DNA of 63,370 nucleotides from Candidatus Omnitrophota bacterium (GTDB lineage Bacteria; Omnitrophota; Omnitrophia; Omnitrophales; Aquincolibacteriaceae): NCBI GenBank assembly GCA_043803685.1, contig JAZDJU010000010.1, positions 1 to 63,370 of the forward strand, read 5' to 3'. Shown piece by piece: positions 60,247 to 63,370 of this stretch (position 1 is its first letter; each line of letters starts with the position of its first letter). The notes under the pieces were generated by a model. It saw only the letters and a program-made list of their open reading frames with translations, ran no database searches and was not told where the DNA came from. The position numbers and the translations under genes were made by a program.

Positions 60247-60591
60247 ATGAAAAAAATAAAAATATGGACGTGCTTTTTTTTAATCTATACGACAACTTAC
60301 GTTGGCTCCTTTTTGTATTTTTTAAAATTCAAGTCGCAACAAGACATAAATGCTATTTGGTGGGTTTTTGAAATATTGAATTTTCCAGTAATGGTATCAA
60401 ATTATTTTACTTATGCGTTATTCAAGATGCCAATTGTTGCTGCCCTGGCTAATGTTTTTTACTCCAAGAATAATAGCAAGATAGATTTGGGTATTCACTA
60501 TTATTTGGAGGGAATAATCGGTTATACCCTGCTGTATTTATTTGTTTTAGGAGTGATTTGGCTATCAAATAAAAAGTTGAAATCTCAATAA
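60247..60591 (+). CDS. AT-rich small membrane hypothetical protein
   Basis: 114-aa ORF with about 3 hydrophobic segments, very AT-rich. Confidence 0.65.
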   Translation: MKKIKIWTCFFLIYTTTYVGSFLYFLKFKSQQDINAIWWVFEILNFPVMVSNYFTYALFKMPIVAALANVFYSKNNSKIDLGIHYYLEGIIGYTLLYLFVLGVIWLSNKKLKSQ

Positions 60592-60754
60592 CTTGAGTTC
60601 TGCAAATTTTAGTTTGTCATCGCGAGCCCCCGAGGGGGCGTGGCGATCGCGTAGTTGAGATTGCTTCGCCGTCTTTGCGGCTCGCAATGCGCTTAACTTC
60701 TTATTACGAAATAGGTTAACGATAACACTTGTCAAAAAAACGCAGAACTCAAGT
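60591..60754. mobile_element. Possible MITE: 164 bp with 13-bp terminal inverted repeats and an internal REP-like element
   Basis: acttgagttctgc (60591-60603) and gcagaactcaagt (60742-60754). No clear target-site duplication. Confidence 0.45.
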
Positions 60755-60831
60755 AAATAACATAAACGGGACGCCGTCCGCAGGGAGACGTTAAAGTTCC
60801 GCAGGCAGTCGGCGTCCGGTTATGAATGCGG

Positions 60832-62151
60832 TTACGGAATGAGGACGGTGAGGGCAGTGATGTCGTCGTGCTGGTCGGCGCCGGTCGTGAACCTGCGTAC
60901 ATCTTCGAAAATTCTCTCCGAATAGGTCGCCGCTGAGTCAGCTTCTTTTTTGACGCATTCCGCAAGCCGGTCGATCGTATATTCCTTGCCCCGTTTATCA
61001 CGCGCCTCGATCACGCCGTCTGTATATAAGAAGAGGGCGTCCCCGGACTCCAGATGGGCCGTGTTCAGGAAAAAAGGGGTTCCCGGCATGAGTCCGAGCG
61101 GCGGACTTTGTGTGCCCTTGAGGATCTCGGTGGCCCCGTCCGAGGCTTTTCTTAAAAGAAGCGGGAGATGACCTGCCGAAGAATACTGGACCGTGTTCAT
61201 GGACTTGTTGATCACAAGACAGATCATCGTGAGGAACATCCCGAACGGGCTGTTGACCGAAAGACGCTGATTGAGGGCGTTCAGGAGTTCTGCGGGATCT
61301 TTGGCCTGCGGCGCGAGGAACCGGTACTCGGACATCGCTCGTACCATATAAAGCGCGGCTGGGACGCCCTTGCCGGATACATCGCCCAGGATCACGCCGA
61401 TCCGGTCGCCTTCAAGCGCGATCACATCGTAAAGATCGCCGCCCACATCAAATGCCGGAAGTGTCAGGGCGCAAAGGTCGACGCCGTAACGCCGGCCTGT
61501 GAGGTCGGGAAGGAAATTCTGCTGGATCTCGTGCGCGATCTTCAGGGCCTGCTTGGCTTTTTCTTGCTTCACGATCTCGCCGTGGAGTTGCGCGTTCTCG
61601 ATCGCGATCGCCGCATGGTCCGCAAAGGTCTCAAAAAGTTCCAGATCGTCCTGGCTGAAGCCTTCACGGAGGATGGGATTGATGGCCTGGAGCACTCCGA
61701 TGACCTTGCCTCGGGCTTTCATCGGAACGCAGAGGATCGCTTTCGTGACGAATCCCGTGGAATCGTCAAAACGCTTGGCGAAACGCGGATCTTTATGAGG
61801 GTTATTGACGATCTCCGGTTTTCCGGACGCCGCCACGGAGCCCGCGATGCCTTCGCCCATTTTGACCCTGAACTTTTCCTCGAGATCCGCGCCCTTGCCG
61901 CCGAGCGCCACGCGGAACACCAGTTCCTGGGAGGTCTCGTCGATCAAGAGGAGCGACGCGACCTCAGAGCGCATGACCTCCGAAGATGTTTTCATGATGA
62001 GCGCGAGGAGTTCGTTCAGTTTAAGCGTGGAATTGAGGACCTTGGTGAGCGCGAGGACTTTGCGAAGATTGGCGACGGCGTTCTCTTCGGACGTGGCGGT
62101 ATCCAAAGTTCTTCGGACGTTTTTGCGGCGTGGAAGTGGCGTTTTTCTCAT
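60832..62151 (-). CDS. GAF-SpoIIE (PP2C-type, RsbU-like) phosphatase
   Basis: GAF (GEGIAG, D..TGF.TK.ILCVP), VGGDLYD, GDVSGKG, LYTDGV, DDIT. Confidence 0.94.
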   Translation of the reverse strand: MRKTPLPRRKNVRRTLDTATSEENAVANLRKVLALTKVLNSTLKLNELLALIMKTSSEVMRSEVASLLLIDETSQELVFRVALGGKGADLEEKFRVKMGEGIAGSVAASGKPEIVNNPHKDPRFAKRFDDSTGFVTKAILCVPMKARGKVIGVLQAINPILREGFSQDDLELFETFADHAAIAIENAQLHGEIVKQEKAKQALKIAHEIQQNFLPDLTGRRYGVDLCALTLPAFDVGGDLYDVIALEGDRIGVILGDVSGKGVPAALYMVRAMSEYRFLAPQAKDPAELLNALNQRLSVNSPFGMFLTMICLVINKSMNTVQYSSAGHLPLLLRKASDGATEILKGTQSPPLGLMPGTPFFLNTAHLESGDALFLYTDGVIEARDKRGKEYTIDRLAECVKKEADSAATYSERIFEDVRRFTTGADQHDDITALTVLIP

Positions 62152-62873
62152 AGGAGAACGTAAAAGATCCTTTGAAAGATCAGTGTAACCCAGACGGCGT
62201 AGCTCAGACTGAGGAGAAAGGCTGTCAGATCACGCAGACCTTTAAAAGGTAAGCGGAGAACCCCGGTCAGTGGAAGAAGGAAAAGGATCCAGGGTGAGAT
62301 GACGCTTGTGAAAAGGATCCACGCCACGAGCCATCTTTCGACGATCGCGTGCGCTATTTCCGGGGAAGTGATCAGATAAACGGGGGGTCGGTCTTTCAGG
62401 TAACTTTTGCTGAAAGCGTTCAGGATATAACTGCCGGCGAACGTCAGCGTGATAAAAAAGATGATGTCGATCGTCCAGACGTTCATCCGGTAGAACATGT
62501 CGATCAGAGGGGACGCGGGGAACCCCCGGGTTTCGTGGCTGACGGGGAGGAGGAAGACCGCGCTGATCACGAGGACATGGAAGAACTGATCGGTCATGAA
62601 ATAGAGAAAAGTGTTCGACGGCTTTTTCTGGGTCGCTGAATATTTAAGGAGGTCCTGCGCCAGGTGCACGAGAACGATCCCGGCCACAAAAAGCCAGATC
62701 TGGAGTTCATTCAGATAAGGATAGAGGAAGACGAGCGAGACGACGCCATGCACGACCGCATGGGCGATATGACCGGCGAAGCTCTGGACCTTCAATTGGT
62801 AAAGTTCTTCGAATTGAAGAATGAAGTCCGCGATGAGGTGCGCCAGGATAAGTTTTAGAAAAAGAAACATCAC
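62148..62873 (-). CDS. DUF3307-family membrane protein
   Basis: LAHLIADFILQ, H...H, H..QD..K, DQFFH motifs. Confidence 0.8.
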   Translation of the reverse strand: MMFLFLKLILAHLIADFILQFEELYQLKVQSFAGHIAHAVVHGVVSLVFLYPYLNELQIWLFVAGIVLVHLAQDLLKYSATQKKPSNTFLYFMTDQFFHVLVISAVFLLPVSHETRGFPASPLIDMFYRMNVWTIDIIFFITLTFAGSYILNAFSKSYLKDRPPVYLITSPEIAHAIVERWLVAWILFTSVISPWILFLLPLTGVLRLPFKGLRDLTAFLLSLSYAVWVTLIFQRIFYVLL

Positions 62874-62974
62874 ACGCTCCTTATTCTTTTGGCGATCATT
62901 ATGACATTTTTCCGGCCCTTGTCCAAATATTCTCTAAGAGCTTATCTGATTATCAAATTCAACCGCGCATTGCT

Positions 62975-63182
62975 AGCCACGAAGCCTCGCCAAAGGCGGG
63001 CGAAGACGGCGTCCGGTAATCTGTAACCGCTTAGGATCTTAGGGACGGTTCTCTCAGGGAGAACCGTCCCTGACCCGCTGCCACGCCCCACAAAACGGGG
63101 CCCGCAATGACGACTCGAGGGTTTGATATCAGGATAGGTGCTAAGAGTGGGTGTATCCCACCTCATACGGTTCGCAACACTT
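62975..63182. ncRNA. Putative structured non-coding RNA, unassigned
   Basis: Hairpins at 62984-63001, 63041-63071 (13-bp perfect stem), 63085-63101 and 63145-63164, in a region with no credible ORF. Confidence 0.3.
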
Positions 63183-63238
63183 CCCCTCTTTAGTAAAGAG
63201 GGGCAAGGGGAGATTTCAAATCCCCCTCGATCCCCCTC
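63182..63238. repeat. REP-like palindrome (CCCCTCTTT..AAAGAGGGG..GGGGAGATTT family)
   Basis: cccctctttagtaaagagggg-caa-ggggagatttcaaatccccc. Confidence 0.6.
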
Positions 63239-63370
63239 ATATGGATGACCGCCAGTCAAGCTTGGCAGTTGGCCTTGGATTCGAAGCAACCCGGCATGAG
63301 CCATCGAGTGCCATCAACCTCATATTCGCGTGCTGGTTAACGCATTAAGTTGAGTCCGAATGGTATAGGA

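Larger units (their letters stand above)
59561..60822. repeat. Dispersed palindromic repeat AC(C/G)GGACGCCGTCCG(GT) at 59561-59577, 60170-60186 and 60766-60780, inverted at 60808-60822; further inverted copy at 63005-63017
   Basis: Direct sequence comparison of the copies. Confidence 0.8.

Noticed and set aside
59561..60822. CRISPR array
   Set aside because: Repeats are only 15-17 nt, separated by ~600-nt gene-containing segments, and no cas genes are present.
62942..63348. ORFs 62942-63304 (-) and 63151-63348 (+)
   Set aside because: They run through palindromic repeats and have no RBS or recognisable protein features.

Overview
Bacterial chromosomal window, about 55-60% GC by eye. Lineage is inferred, not proven, as PVC-associated and probably Omnitrophota, from the giant gene, groEL-groES-groEL order and STT3-type oligosaccharyltransferase. 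The main feature is a 5'-truncated giant ORF (at least 3955 aa, 5-11872) built like a polyprotein. It carries a TraB/GumN/Tiki-like N-terminal segment, repeated ~115-aa helical modules, and five sugar-phosphate enzyme domains: a circularly permuted triosephosphate isomerase, a phosphohexomutase, glucose-6-phosphate isomerase, a divergent enolase and a GlpX-type FBPase. Nine RSE[V/L/M]R motifs punctuate it, all at module boundaries. The rest of the window holds two Hsp20 genes, a Wzx flippase, a GH1 glycosidase, a DEAD-box helicase, CIRCE-groEL-groES-groEL, coaX/birA, an STT3/PglB-like protein with an altered WWDYG motif, and alr/tsaB. It also holds a CsoR-controlled metal cluster (RAPP-ended leader protein, tiny exported Cys-rich peptide), glgA, signalling genes and an 11-subunit complex I-like operon lacking nuoEFG. 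Near the right end are two AT-rich membrane-protein genes bracketed by a short palindromic repeat, and a structured non-coding stretch. Several families of small palindromic repeats are scattered throughout. No rRNA, tRNA, CRISPR array or transposase was recognised. All domain calls rest on motif recognition by eye.
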